Assembly: GCF_009914755.1 (NCBI RefSeq)
Contig: NC_060939.1
DNA from: the human T2T-CHM13v2.0 reference genome, Homo sapiens
Length of the DNA stretch: 64,000 bases
Strand: one strand, 5' to 3'
This document shows, piece by piece, positions 13,341 to 25,332 of the stretch. Each line of letters starts with the position of its first letter. The first letter of the stretch is position 1. Both the position numbers and the translations under genes were made by a program. The notes below the pieces were generated by a model that saw only the letters and a program-made list of their open reading frames with translations, was not told the DNA's origin and did no database searches.

Positions 13341-14107
13341 TGCTGTGCCATATCACTAAATCAGTTTCCTGAATCAACAAAATTAAAAAAAAAAAACCCA
13401 AAAAGTGGAAAAAAAATTTTTACTTGAGGTCATCCAAATGCTGTGTCTTTTAAAAAATTTAGAACCTCTTTAAAAGTCCCTTCATCTGATGATTTGCTGG
13501 AATACAGTGCTGACACATTTTTAATTTTACTGAAGGAAATAAAAAATGAACAACAGAATGAAAGTATAGATGCCGTCCCACCAAACAGCATTCAACATCA
13601 AATGATATCTATCCAAAGTCTAACAATCATTACCCAAGCAGAAATATTCTAAAAAAGTGTCTGCTTGAATAATTTACTCCATTTAATTATTAATTTTTTT
13701 CAAAAAATTACAGATTGTGCCATTTATTATGCTTGTATAAGTAAATACTTGTCTGCTTTACAGGGGAACCAGTTTTGAAGTAGACGTTCAAGGCCTGATT
13801 TTTAATCCAGTCTTAACCACTTACTAGTTCTGTACAACCAGATAAGTCTTGCAAGACTTTGAGCCTGTTTCATCATTACAATATGGGAACCATAAAATAC
13901 TACTATAATGTTTTGCAAGTTTTTAAAGATAAGTATCAAATAAGAAAATGTATGTAATAACACTTTTAAGGGTGTTAAGTTTTAGACACTATTATTGTGT
14001 TACTGACTCACTATTGTTGGAATATATAGTTAGAAGGTTTGTTCTGGCACAAATTTGTGAGACAGCTGGTGAGAACTAAGGGCACCATTTGGACCAAGAA
14101 ATAGAAC

Positions 14108-14178
14108 AAAGCTAATTGGCTACACAGGGACTCAACCCGTGTCCTTAGCCTCATTAACTCTGTGCTTTACTAAGCAAG
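14108..14178 (-). mobile_element. tRNA-Ile-derived SINE head (MamSINE1-like), degenerate
   Basis: tggctacacagggactcaacccgtgtccttagcctcattaa aligns to the reverse complement of tRNA-Ile(AAT) tggcccgtacggggatcgaacccgcgaccttggcgttattag. Confidence 0.45.
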
Positions 14179-14184
14179 CACGCT

Positions 14185-14400
14185 ATTATTCACTCACTCA
14201 TCAACCTACCTTTTATGAGTCTAGCCTTCAGCTGGGCATTGGTGATATAAAAATGAATGAACCATGGTCTCTGCCCTCAAGGAGCTCGCAGTCCAGCAAG
14301 GAAAATCAGGCAGATGAGTAAAATAGTAGTTAGCATACTGTATAATAAATCATTGCCACAACAGAGATTTATGAAAGCGCTTAGAAGGCACTGCCAATAC
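14185..14400 (-). mobile_element. L2 LINE 3' fragment
   Basis: ttcactcactca...ctgggcattggtgatataaaaatgaat...tctgccctcaaggagctc. Confidence 0.65.
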
Positions 14401-14549
14401 TGACTGGAGAAGTACAGCATCCATATCTTGTGACAGAATTTGTTGAGCCTAAAATTTTACTTCTTAAATCACTTAGATGCATTTAAATCCCACAGTTGAA
14501 AAATAATCTCATTCCTCAGTTGGAAAAGTCAAAAGCACTTTTTTTTTTT

Positions 14550-14990
14550 CATTTAAACAATGAACATTTATTATCTCACAGTTCCTGTGGGCCAGAAATT
14601 CGAGAATAGCTTACCTGGGTTTTTCTGCCTCAGGGTTTCTCATGTGGTTGCATTTAGCATGTCAGCAGTGGTTGCAGTCATTTGAAAGCTTGAACATGGT
14701 TAGAGGGTCAGCTTCTAAAATGGCTCATTCGCATGCCTGTTGGCAGGAGGTCACAGTTTGTGTCTGGCTGTTGGCAGGAGTCCTTAGTTCCTTGCCACGT
14801 GGACTTCCCCCTAGGCTGCTTGAGTATCCTCATGACATGGCAACTAACTTCCTCCAGAGTGAGCAAACCAGAGTGGGCAAACAGGAAGTGGCAGTACCTT
14901 ATGTGGCCTAGTCTCTAAAGTTACATACTGTCAATTCTACTCAAAAGTGCCATTTTAAAGTGACCCATACTTTAATGGAAAGCTTTAATT
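14550..14990. mobile_element. MLT1 (ERVL-MaLR) solo LTR
   Basis: ttaaacaa...catttattatctcacagtt...cttctaaaatggctcattc...gagtatcctcatgacatggca. Confidence 0.7.
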
Positions 14991-16236
14991 TAAGAACAGA
15001 ACTTAACGTGTGTTTTACTACCATGTAATCTATGCTAGGCACATCTTTCCAAATTGCATAAGATGGTTTATTTCCAAATAGTCGTTCTCCTATACATTAT
15101 TTACTTATATAGAGCTAGAAATGCCAACTTGCTGTTTTAAACATAATCATATTTTTCTCCGTAATTATCTGGACAACTAATCCATTTTGCCAATCCATTT
15201 GCATGGAAACAGAGAGCCAATGATTGGTCAGAGTATTGTTTTTTAAAAAATATAATAGTGAGGTTCAATGGTTGGTTACCAATTCCCTAAAATAAAGATC
15301 GAGGTTTTCTAAAACACTGAAAACACAATTCCATGCACACAGGATTGGTTTATGCTTTTTCAAGGATTCCTCTATTGCTTAAAGCCAGATATACAGGCCA
15401 TGACACAATTCTACAAGAATGACCCCTTTACTTGATTCTTTTGGTTTAGTCAAGCTTCACTACTACTGTACTAAAAAATAAGCAGTGACACAGGTTCCTT
15501 GCTTTTCTTCCACCTGAACCATAAATGAGACAAATGATCTGGCTCAGCTTATGTCTTGGGGTATGAGAGGTGAATGGTACCCTAGAGGTTTTATTCTTTC
15601 TAAAATGACTGCTGAAGCATTTGGAGGAGAAATGATCTTATTATTTAATCCAACCATCTATAAGTTTTGAGGCATGTACCTATGGATGGGGTGAGTGTAT
15701 AAATAGAAATTACTTCTTATCCTGTGTTGTTTAATGTTATTAATTCAAGACTTTGAAAAGCTCCGTAGAAACAGAATGCATCTTACTGATAAGAATGTGG
15801 CTCTTACTGTTGAAATCTCATCGTTGTAATTACACATTATTCAAATCAGGTACTCAGTAGTGAAAACTACTCGTCAAAAGCCAAAACATTTCTACTAGGG
15901 ATTTTGATGTCCCTGCAGGTCAATAAAGTCATAAAGCTCTGTCACTCTAACGGCAACATATTTTATTAGCAGCCAGAGTCCCTCACATACATGTTTCCTG
16001 CCACTTTCAGAGATGTAAACAATTTCCATTTTGAAATATATGACCAGAATCCTGATTATTAGAGCTTAGCACTGCATTCATTAAAACACACATGCTGGCA
16101 TCGAAGCATTCATGAAACATTATTTCTTCTTTCCAATAAAAACTAATGATTACCACCCCTGGTGTGATTCATTTCTTCTACGAGAATATTTGAATTAGAG
16201 CAATATTTTCAAACTTTTCATGGCACTACATACATG

Positions 16237-16441
16237 GTGTTTTTTTTTCTTCTTTTTCTCTCTCTCTCTCTCTTTTTTTTTTTTTTTTTTTTTCAGTCTT
16301 GCTCTGTCGCCCAGGCTGGAGTGCAATGGCGCGATCTTGGCTCACTACAACCTCCGCCTTCCAGGTTCAAGTGATTCTACTGCCTCAGCCTCCTGAGTAG
16401 CTGGGATTACAGGCACCCGCCACCAAGTCCGGCTAATTTTC
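16237..16441 (-). mobile_element. 5'-truncated AluS (right monomer only) with TSD and (TC)n/T tail
   Basis: Right-arm sequence ending at ggctaatttt; TSD CTACATACATG at 16226-16236 and 16442-16452. Confidence 0.88.
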
Positions 16442-18029
16442 CTACATACATGTTTTATAGACCGCTCATGGTTAGAATCATCTTTCATTTATTTCCTTCT
16501 GTAGGTTTAAACATTTACATCACTGACATTAAATCCAAATTTACTGAAGACGTATGCACATTTACCTTATTCTGGGTGCTAGGGTCTCTCAGCTGACCAC
16601 AGCTTCTGTACTTTGCAGTGGTTATTTCACACCAAAAAGTGAAAACAGATTCAGTGAATAGGTGTTCTTTTCTCTATGTATTAAAACACGTTCTTCAAAA
16701 TAGTGTATTGGCTAGCATGAGTTTTTCTGTATAAAAAAGTCAAGTTTCGCCCTATCAGGTGCTTCTAGGTCTAACCGGTTTTCCTGTGCTACTCTCCAGT
16801 GTTACAGCCGGGGGCAGCAGAGCTTTGTCCTGCCTGCCACTCCCGTGATGAGTGAAGGCAGGAATAAGACTGCCCTGGTACTTGCCCCTGATGCAGATCA
16901 TTAGACCTTGAGCAGCTGCTCAGGTCCATTAACAGTCACTTAAGCAGCGGGTAAGGGAAGCTGTGCTGCTCTGAATTAAAGGTGGGGCTGATAGCTGGGA
17001 ATGGGGAGGGCTCAGCTGCTAGTACCCAACATATATATTGTGTCACATTTGGGGACACTTTTTTAAACATCATGGAGAGGTTATTTATTGGTTGTCACAT
17101 ACGGTAGGTGAAATGTTTTGCCACAAGTTTTGCCACAAAATGCTATATCCGGTTTAACTGTTTATTTTGATGGCAACTATTATTATTGAATATTTAGGTG
17201 GAGTCAATTCTAATGTCAGTCAAGACATATTCATCCCTCCATGTACTGAAAAATGCCATACAAATCTGTATATATGCTTCCTATACTGTTTAACCACAGC
17301 TGCTAGTTGACGTTCTTCAGTCCTGGAAATATCCTTCCATTTTCTAAAAAGCAAAGAAAAGTAAAATTTTAAGTAAGCAGTAGAGCAGATGTAGCTTAAA
17401 ACCTCCAAATTATTTCAGGCCTCAAGCTGCTTTAAGGCTGTATTTTAAGATTCAGTACTTTTTTATTTGTTTCAACAGGAGGATTAGAGGATTGAAAATG
17501 CTTTATTGATGGAAAGTGGGAACTGTTACTCCCCCCACCTCCTCTACTCAGCAAAACTAAAAGAGAAAGCAAGTCCATTCAATTCCCAGCCAGATCTTTA
17601 AAATGTTAACATCAAATGAAAAGACATTATTCCTAAGTGAGAAGAAAAACCTTTGCATCACTGTAAGTTACCCATCATTTCCCACTTTGATTTATGCATG
17701 TGTCATTAATTCAAATTGTTCAGGAATCACCTTCAAATGGTTTTCCACAAAAATAAGAGGAAAAACCAACTGGGATGGGATATCAGTATCTCCTCTATTT
17801 AAATACAGGGTCCTGTTAGCTGCATTTGGTGGCTAATAGGGAATGATACTGTGTGCGGTATACTTTCATAATTCCAAGTACAGTCAAGTACATCTAAAAC
17901 AGTCATTGTTGAATAACATGGGTAATTTAGTATTATCCACGCTATTCCACTGGCAGAATTGGCCATGACTGTCTCCTAGGTCATCATCCAGCGATAATGG
18001 GAAGATAGGCTGAGGAAGCTCTGGCATTC

Positions 18030-18725
18030 AGGCGTCTCCCAGCGATGAAGCTGTGTCCCACACAGTTAGTTGTCAGTGCGGTGGTGAAGGCCACACCTGG
18101 CAGTGGCTACAGTGCGTCTCCTGTGAGCAGGGGCTGTAGCTCACCCTCTCGGAGCTACGCCGTGCTACGGCGGCAGGAGAGGGAGCCCGGGCGCTCTCGG
18201 TGGAGGAGGCTGGGGATCGCAGTGCCGGTGCTGCATTCAGAAAAGCCTCAGCCGCAGCCGGCGATGTGTGAAGTTCCCAGCACGCACTCAGCCCGGCTGC
18301 TCCTCACCCTCAAATGTTGATGAGCCTGGGCGCTCCTCAACACACGGGAGAGATCCCATTTTGCTTTCTGGGAGAAAGAGATGAGAAATGAGCCGCGGAA
18401 GGTATTTGGCAATGAGAAGAGTGAAAGGCAGTTTCTTGCCAGCAGCTAAGTTGTAGAATTGCTTCGGAGGCTACCCGGGAGTGCGATAGAATTGACAAGA
18501 AAAGAACAGACACCGTTGCAGACCAAGGCATGCCTGATTGCACGAGTCGGATCCCTGGGACGCAGCTTCCACTCCTGTTCTAACTATTTGTGATTGAAAA
18601 AAGGAAACGAGACTAGAAACACAATTGCAAGTGGTGTTCCTAAAAGGAAAACACATACACTCCAAAAGGAGGGGAAGAACAACCCAGTTGGCGTGCACAT
18701 TTTTTTTTAAAGGAGAATTCCTCAG
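18030..18725 (+). promoter_or_regulatory. UNC13C: CpG-rich promoter and non-coding first exon of UNC13C (TSS not resolvable from sequence)
   Basis: The only clearly GC/CpG-rich non-Alu segment in the window (e.g. cgccgtgctacggcgg, gagcccgggcgc, gccgcagccggcg). It ends in a strong donor CAG|gtatgt at 18725/18726. Confidence 0.75.
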
Positions 18726-19152
18726 GTATGTTCTTTCCTCCGTTGCACGCACTGCTTCATCTGCATGCGATTTTCTGTCTGTATTTTCCTGTCCCTTCTT
18801 TTTGTTTGCACTTGGAAATCACAACCATGGGGTTCTCTTAGCGTAGCAGATATATTTGTAAAATCTCGGCTCTCCTGTTTTTATAATGTACATGATTCTA
18901 TGGAGCATCATGACTTCTCAGTCATTGCTTTTAAAAAAAAGAATTCAGAATGATAAATGACTGCTTAGTTTCCAGTCAACTTTCAGGAGAATATCTACAT
19001 AGGGACAAATAGGGTTGGGATGAAAGGCTGGGATATTCCATAACCCCTCGGAATTTTGGAAGAAAAAAATAGAGCTCAACAGAGAACAAAAGTTGAGGGC
19101 TTCTAGGAAAGGGTTAAAAGCCAAGATGTCATACACTAGTGTGTCACCCAAG

Positions 19153-19236
19153 TGTTTTTCCAGCTCAGCATCCAGTCTGAAGCAAAAGAAGCTTTGTTTT
19201 TCCAGCTCAGCATCCAGTCTGAAGCAAAAGAAGCTT
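19153..19236. repeat. Perfect 42-bp tandem duplication
   Basis: TGTTTTTCCAGCTCAGCATCCAGTCTGAAGCAAAAGAAGCTT x2 with no mismatches. Confidence 0.95.
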
Positions 19237-22200
19237 TACCAATGATTTTTTTATTTCTAGCTCTTCATCAGTTCTTCAAGAAGAAGATCCTGCAGATTTA
19301 CTTTCAAGAGATGAATTGCTTAAATTGTGTGCTTGGTTCTGTTTTACAACTGTTCTGTGGTGCTCAAGGAGGCAGTCTAAAAAAATCCCTTTGGTCCAAC
19401 AGCATGAGTAAACCCTAACTTCTGCAATTACATCATCAATATACTTGTATCATCAAGAGTAAGACAGATATACAACAATAGTAATGTTGGCTGTCTTTAG
19501 TACCTAGACGGAGATGACAACACTTAAAAATCAATTTTCCTCGTTAGGCTTTTAAGGAAAAACAGGAAAGAGGTTTGAGGGTGGGTAATGCATATAAAGA
19601 TTAGTTTTAAAATACTCTGCATTTCTTTAAGAAGCTAAAATTGTAAGTTTATATAATTTTGAAATTAATAAAAAACTTAATGATTTTTAGAAAATCATCT
19701 TACCACATTTTGCTCATCAATACTTTTCATAAAAGTGGGTTAAATTGTCAATAAATTAAATGTGCATATGTCTATATTAAATGAGATTTTCTGGAGGGGA
19801 GAAACGAGAATGAGAAAGTACTACATTTTTGTATATATAAAATATTTAATAGATTTTTAGTGTTAACACAGAGTTAATGCCAAAGCTCTAGGACCCTGGC
19901 TTTTAATTATTGTTGTTCCCACTTTCTTATGATTAAAAAGTTCAAATGCAATAGAGGTAAGTGGGCTTTAAATTGTCATTTATGCATACTGTAAAGTAAA
20001 TCACCACCCTGCTCTTTGAAAACTATAAACCTCATTTTTGCCAAATGGTAGCTATCTGGAGCACTTAGGCCGTAAACAAAATGAGGAAATCATTTGTTTT
20101 AAAATTCCACGCATGACTATAACAACAACAATGTCAAAATATGGTAAGTATAGGCAATTCTTGATACCAGAGGAGTGATTTAGAAAATGAGCAAAGTATT
20201 AAGTTTATGTTTGTTAGTAGGGAGTGAAAAACATTGTGTGTTTCTTCTATGTTGACATCTTGTATAAAGAAGCTTATGATGTCTGTAGGTGAAACACTAT
20301 AGCAGTAATTTTACTGAATCCATTAAGTAATTTTTTAAACTAATAAACTGATCAAGGATCATCTAAAAGAATATTTGAAACTCTAATTTACAAAATTGTA
20401 TTTTCAAACTATAATGGAATTTTGTTGAGAAAGTAATTTCAGTAGAATTGCCAATGTTTTTTCAGTAAAATTTGAAGGTGGATAGTAGGTAAGGGTTTAT
20501 TTCCTAGCATTCAATAATTTGTTGTTAGACCTCCATTAAAGAAATCTGGAAACTCCTTCCAGAGATCATCATCACTATGTGCTAGGTAAATTCATGCCCA
20601 GGTGAAATACGAGGTAAAGTGTTAGCAAAGCCTAGAGAAATCACTTTTCATGGGCTTATTGTTAATAAAGTAAACTGTTTTCCTTTCCAGGCCATATAAT
20701 AACTTGCTATGGTTGCTAATCTTTAAATGTGAAGCAATATAGTTTGTGGTGCACAGAACTAGTTGCTTAAGAGCCCATGGGTCATTGGAAACACAGGATA
20801 ATTGCAGTGATTCCCCTTTTAAAGACAAAACACACTAAATGTATGTTGGGGCTTAGGTGGGGTTGGGAGGAAGGTCAGTGCAGAAGAGAACGTACTTCGT
20901 TGTCTGCTGATTTAGGGCAAACCTCTGTTTTTTGTAATATCAGACACTTTTGGTATGATAATATCTTTTCCCCGATTCTCCAGGCACTTTCATTTCTGTT
21001 AACCTTTTCAGCTAATGCAATGCATAAACCCTGCCATAACTTCTCTGAAGTATTATGCCACCTGTACGTTGTCTTCCAGTTTCAACATATACGTTTCTGT
21101 TATTCATTCTTTCCATCCCATAGTCTTTACTACGGAAAGGCATTCTCTAGAATTTTTGAAGACATTAGAATCATTTTGTCACCCAAGAAAAACAATCCTG
21201 CTTTGCATCTAGAAATTTTAAGAGTTTTAAATACATGCCAAGTTTGTTTCTGAAATACACTTTTATAGCTAGAAAGCCACTTTCTAAATAGGTCATAGTT
21301 TGTACCTAATATCAATTCATTTGGTAATATGCATTTAGAATAACTGTAGCAAAAAATTGCAAATTCAAAGTATCAAATTTGTATTTCTGTTGTTATTACA
21401 AATCCTTTCTGGATCTTAAGTTGTCTGTGGTTGGATCACTAGGCTCCAACTTTCTTCTAGCTTAAAAAAAAGGATTTATTAATAGCCCTCTCAATCTGTA
21501 GCTTTTGAGAATGCAAAATACTGATCACCGGTTCTATAATCTCTACAGAGAAAATGGATGCCACAGCAGTATTTGTTTCACTTGTAGTCTTTTAAGGCAT
21601 AGGAAGGGAGACAGGAATAAATATTCTAACCTCTAGGTCAAAAGTCCCCCAGAGGAGAAGTAGACAATAAGACACACTGAATCGTTTCTCCATCTCTTGT
21701 CAAAATGGTTGTGATGCAGTAGGCATAAATGTTTCCCATCTCTTTTATATCCTAGTCATATTGTATATTTTAGTCTCAGCATACAGAAATTAATTATAAT
21801 CTTGATATGGAAGAGAGTTTTATATTATTCTTCCTATGTAAACAGTTAAGAAAATATTTTGTAGAAATAAATGCTAGATAGAAAGATAGGAACTCAACAT
21901 TATAAATTGTACTCAGAGATTTCGAAGTATTTTTAAAAAGTAATCATAAAAGATGGGCTTCCCTTTCAAATATTTTCTTGTCTCCCTACATTTTCACAAT
22001 CCCATCTTCAGCCTGTCTTTTGCTCCCAACAGCCAATTTTTGTTGGCCCAAATCCTGTGTTCAGGATAAAACATACTTTGTTTCTGAGCCTTCTGGTTCT
22101 TGAGAATCTGGGTGCAATATGTCTTTTTGATGGGGAAAAAGTGTTTTGCATGAAAATATTTTGCTTCATATGTTTTATAAGTTGAAATTATTTACTCTAG

Positions 22201-23599
22201 AAGTAGCTTCTCGAAGCATGTAAAATATAAAAGAAAAAGAGCAGTGATTGGACAGAGTGGGTGGCTATTTCCATTTTATAGGTGGGAAGAACTAATGGCT
22301 TAGGCACATTCCCTGAAGCACGTTTCTGAAAGGGGGCACTGATGATATGGTCTCAGAATAACTGGAGGAAGAAGGGTTGTATTTTGAATCATGTCATTGT
22401 TAAGTGGCACACAACTGAAAAAGTCTAAATAGTTGCTTTATTAATGAGAAATCTTAAGTAAAAATTACCAGTGAGATAAAGCTAGAGAATTAATGACACA
22501 TTCCAACAAGAGTCCAGTGCTTTTTCCTGTCTCATAGAAAATACTGTAATTAATCAAATCCTAGCTCAGTCACCAATTGTCTGGGTGAACTTTGGCCATC
22601 ATTTTCTTTGTAAGCCTTGGTTGTCTGTTGGACTGGTTAGATGTTCATGAAGATCGCTTCTAGTTCCTCAACTCAGAGATTCTATAAAAACTGCACTGTG
22701 CAGACTCTGTAGGCTTGACTCCATTTCAAATGTAGCTACAGAATTACTTGACTCTGACTTGCTTCTCCTGAGAGGCCAGAGGCTTGGTGAATAGCATTTG
22801 TCTACCTGATAAACTGAAGAAACAGTGTTCATGGTTTTAGAATTGAGTAAGAAATTTGTCAACTTGTTTTCCTTCAGACAACAAGGCAGAAGTATTGGCT
22901 TAATTATAATCCATGGAACTGCACATTTTGTATAAGGCTCTTTACTGTGACTCATTAAATATTTGCTGTAGCTGTGATAGATGTTGAAGTACTGCTACTT
23001 CGTTAACAAGAAACAAATAGCATTAGGATACTTAGCTGCTAACTTTTTAAGAGTCATTTATGGAACAATGCTTTTAAAAGTAAAGAATATGTACCTACTG
23101 TACTTAGTTACTGGAATAGATTGACTCTCTCCAGTGCCTTCCTCTCTGGATTGGCACACTCAATGAGAATATGTTAGACAAAAGAGGGCTGCAGGGAGCT
23201 CTCGTGGCTGAAGGGGAAATTTATGAAGCTTCTCAGACCTAAGGAAAATTTATATTTCCTTGTCACTTTCAAAGAAGGTTGATTGGTAGGAGGCAAAATA
23301 TATGGATAACTTCATATATGTAAAAATTAATACTTGATTCTTTTTAGAAAATAATCCCTAAAATTAGAAGATTTTGCTTAATTACACAAAAACTTGCCAC
23401 AGTATTACTGGAGAGTGGTTGAAGAGCATATTTTTTTAAATAATAAATATAATGCTTGATAAACAAATACAGCAAATTAAAAAAATTGCCTACCGTAATT
23501 GCTTTCATTCTCCATTTGGCCTTGAGTGGGAACATTCCTGATACTCTCTTTCTACTTTTTGTCTCGGTGACCTGAATTTCTTCAGTGGCCTCTGTTACC

Positions 23600-24150
23600 T
23601 CTTTGACAGGATTTCCACTAACATGTCTCAAAAGTCAAGAAATTCAGCTCTGGGTCTCTCAAGCAGCTCCTCTTCCTAATTGCTTCAGCTTCTCAGACCC
23701 AAATCTCAAATCATCCTCACTGCCTTATCCTTTCTCATGGTTCATATTCAGTTACTCTTGTTTTCTCTTTAACACTTGGTCTCCAGCCATGTCTTCTGTT
23801 ATCTTCCTATTAACACTACCCTAGTTCAAGTTCTTATAACTTTACGCCTGGAATACTGCTTGAATCTTCCAATTGTTTTATCTGTATGATTCTTTTCTCT
23901 GAGCATCTGTTCTGCATACTACTGCCAAATTCATTGTCCTAAAAAATGCTTTGAACATGACATATGTCACTCCCTGATCAAAAATTTTCAAGGACACTAT
24001 ATTGCTTATAAACTAAAGCCTTAAATACTTAGTATGGCAAAATATTTTTTTTTACAACCAGATCTGACTGCCTTCCCAGCTTTATCTCTTTTTCTATTTC
24101 CTTATCCAATCTCTGCCCCAATTAGACAGATTGTGCACAGTTTCCAGATA
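23600..24150 (+). mobile_element. L2 LINE fragment
   Basis: ccctagttcaag...cctggaatactgc...catatgtcactcccctgatcaaaa motifs. Confidence 0.55.
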
Positions 24151-24799
24151 CTGACATTTTATACAATTCCACAGTAGTAAATGATTTGTCTGATTGATTT
24201 ACTAATGCATCATACACTGTCTTATGAGATTTCTTCTTTGGTCTTGGATTACAGTTAAAACCTATATTTTTGCATGTTACTTTTTAAAAGCCTTAGCTAG
24301 AGAATAAATCCCTTAAGTACAGTGTTTGTGCAAACTTTGGCAAGTTACTTAAAATTTCTGCATCTGAATTCTCAACTAGAAAATAATGACACTATAAAGA
24401 CCATTGCTTCACAGAGTTTACGGGAGGATTAAGTTAAATAGTATAAAGGAAGTTCTCAGTGAGCACTGGCTGTAAATTTGTCATTATCTGTGTATTGAAG
24501 ATAAATGCTCAGTAAATATTTGCTTTTATATTTGAAATGTACATGTTATTAGACAAAAAGACTGGTAAGGGAAGAAGAGTATGGTATGCAAAGTTGGAAA
24601 TAACAAGAAAAATAATTCAAGTCAGAAGCAAACTGAAACCTCTGCTGTGTCCTAAAATGGGAATGACTGTATCAGCACATTTATGGCAAATTGGGATTGT
24701 TTTGGACAGCCTATTTCTGATTAAATCAATTGCCCCAAGATTCTAATATAAGCTTATATGTATTTTCCATAGTGTTATGGCAGCAAATCTTAGCGACTT

Positions 24800-25170
24800 T
24801 CTTTTTTTTTACTCTTTATTTCTTCTAAAGAAAACACGGGAATACATGTGCAGAACGTGCAGGTTTGTTACATAGGTATACGTGTTCATGGTGGTTTGCT
24901 GCACCTATTGACCCATCCTCTAAGTTCCCTCCCCTCAATCCCCACCCTCCAACAGGCCCTGGTGTGTGTTGTTCCCCTCTCTGTGTCCATGTGTTCTCAA
25001 TGTTCAGCTCCCACTTATGAGTGAGAGCATGTGGTGTTTGGTTTTCTGTTCCTGTGTTATTTTGCTGAGAATGATGGTTTCCAGCTTCATCCATGTCCCT
25101 GCAAAGTACATGAACTCATACTTTTTTATGGCTGCATAGTATTCCATGGTGTATATGTGCCACATTTTCT
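24800..25170 (-). mobile_element. L1PA14-like 3' end
   Basis: gggaatacatgtgcagaacgtgcagg...ctattgacccatcctctaagttccctcccc...ccaacaggccctggtgtgtgttgttcccc. Confidence 0.85.
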
Positions 25171-25332
25171 TTTTTTTTTTCTTGGTTCTTTTTTTTAAAT
25201 TTTTTTATTATTATACTTTAAGTTTTAGGGCACATGTGCACAGTGTGCAGGTTTGTTACATATGTATACATGTGCTACTATGTATACATGTATACATGTG
25301 TTAAGTATACATGTGTTACATATGTATACATG
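25171..25332 (-). mobile_element. Very short younger L1PA 3' terminus with rearranged 5' junction
   Basis: T-rich tail + ttattatactttaagttttaggg.acatgtgcac...tatgtatacatgtgc followed by repeated TATGTATACATG copies. Confidence 0.8.

Noticed and set aside
14108-14178. Possible tRNA-Ile gene
   Set aside because: Too diverged to fold as a cloverleaf; better explained as an old tRNA-derived SINE head.
18045-18320. 91-aa ORF in the CpG-rich promoter
   Set aside because: GC-rich DNA is depleted of stop codons; no homology; it may begin upstream of the TSS.
20777-21253. 158-aa intronic ORF
   Set aside because: Composition typical of random AT-rich DNA; no domain or exon signals.
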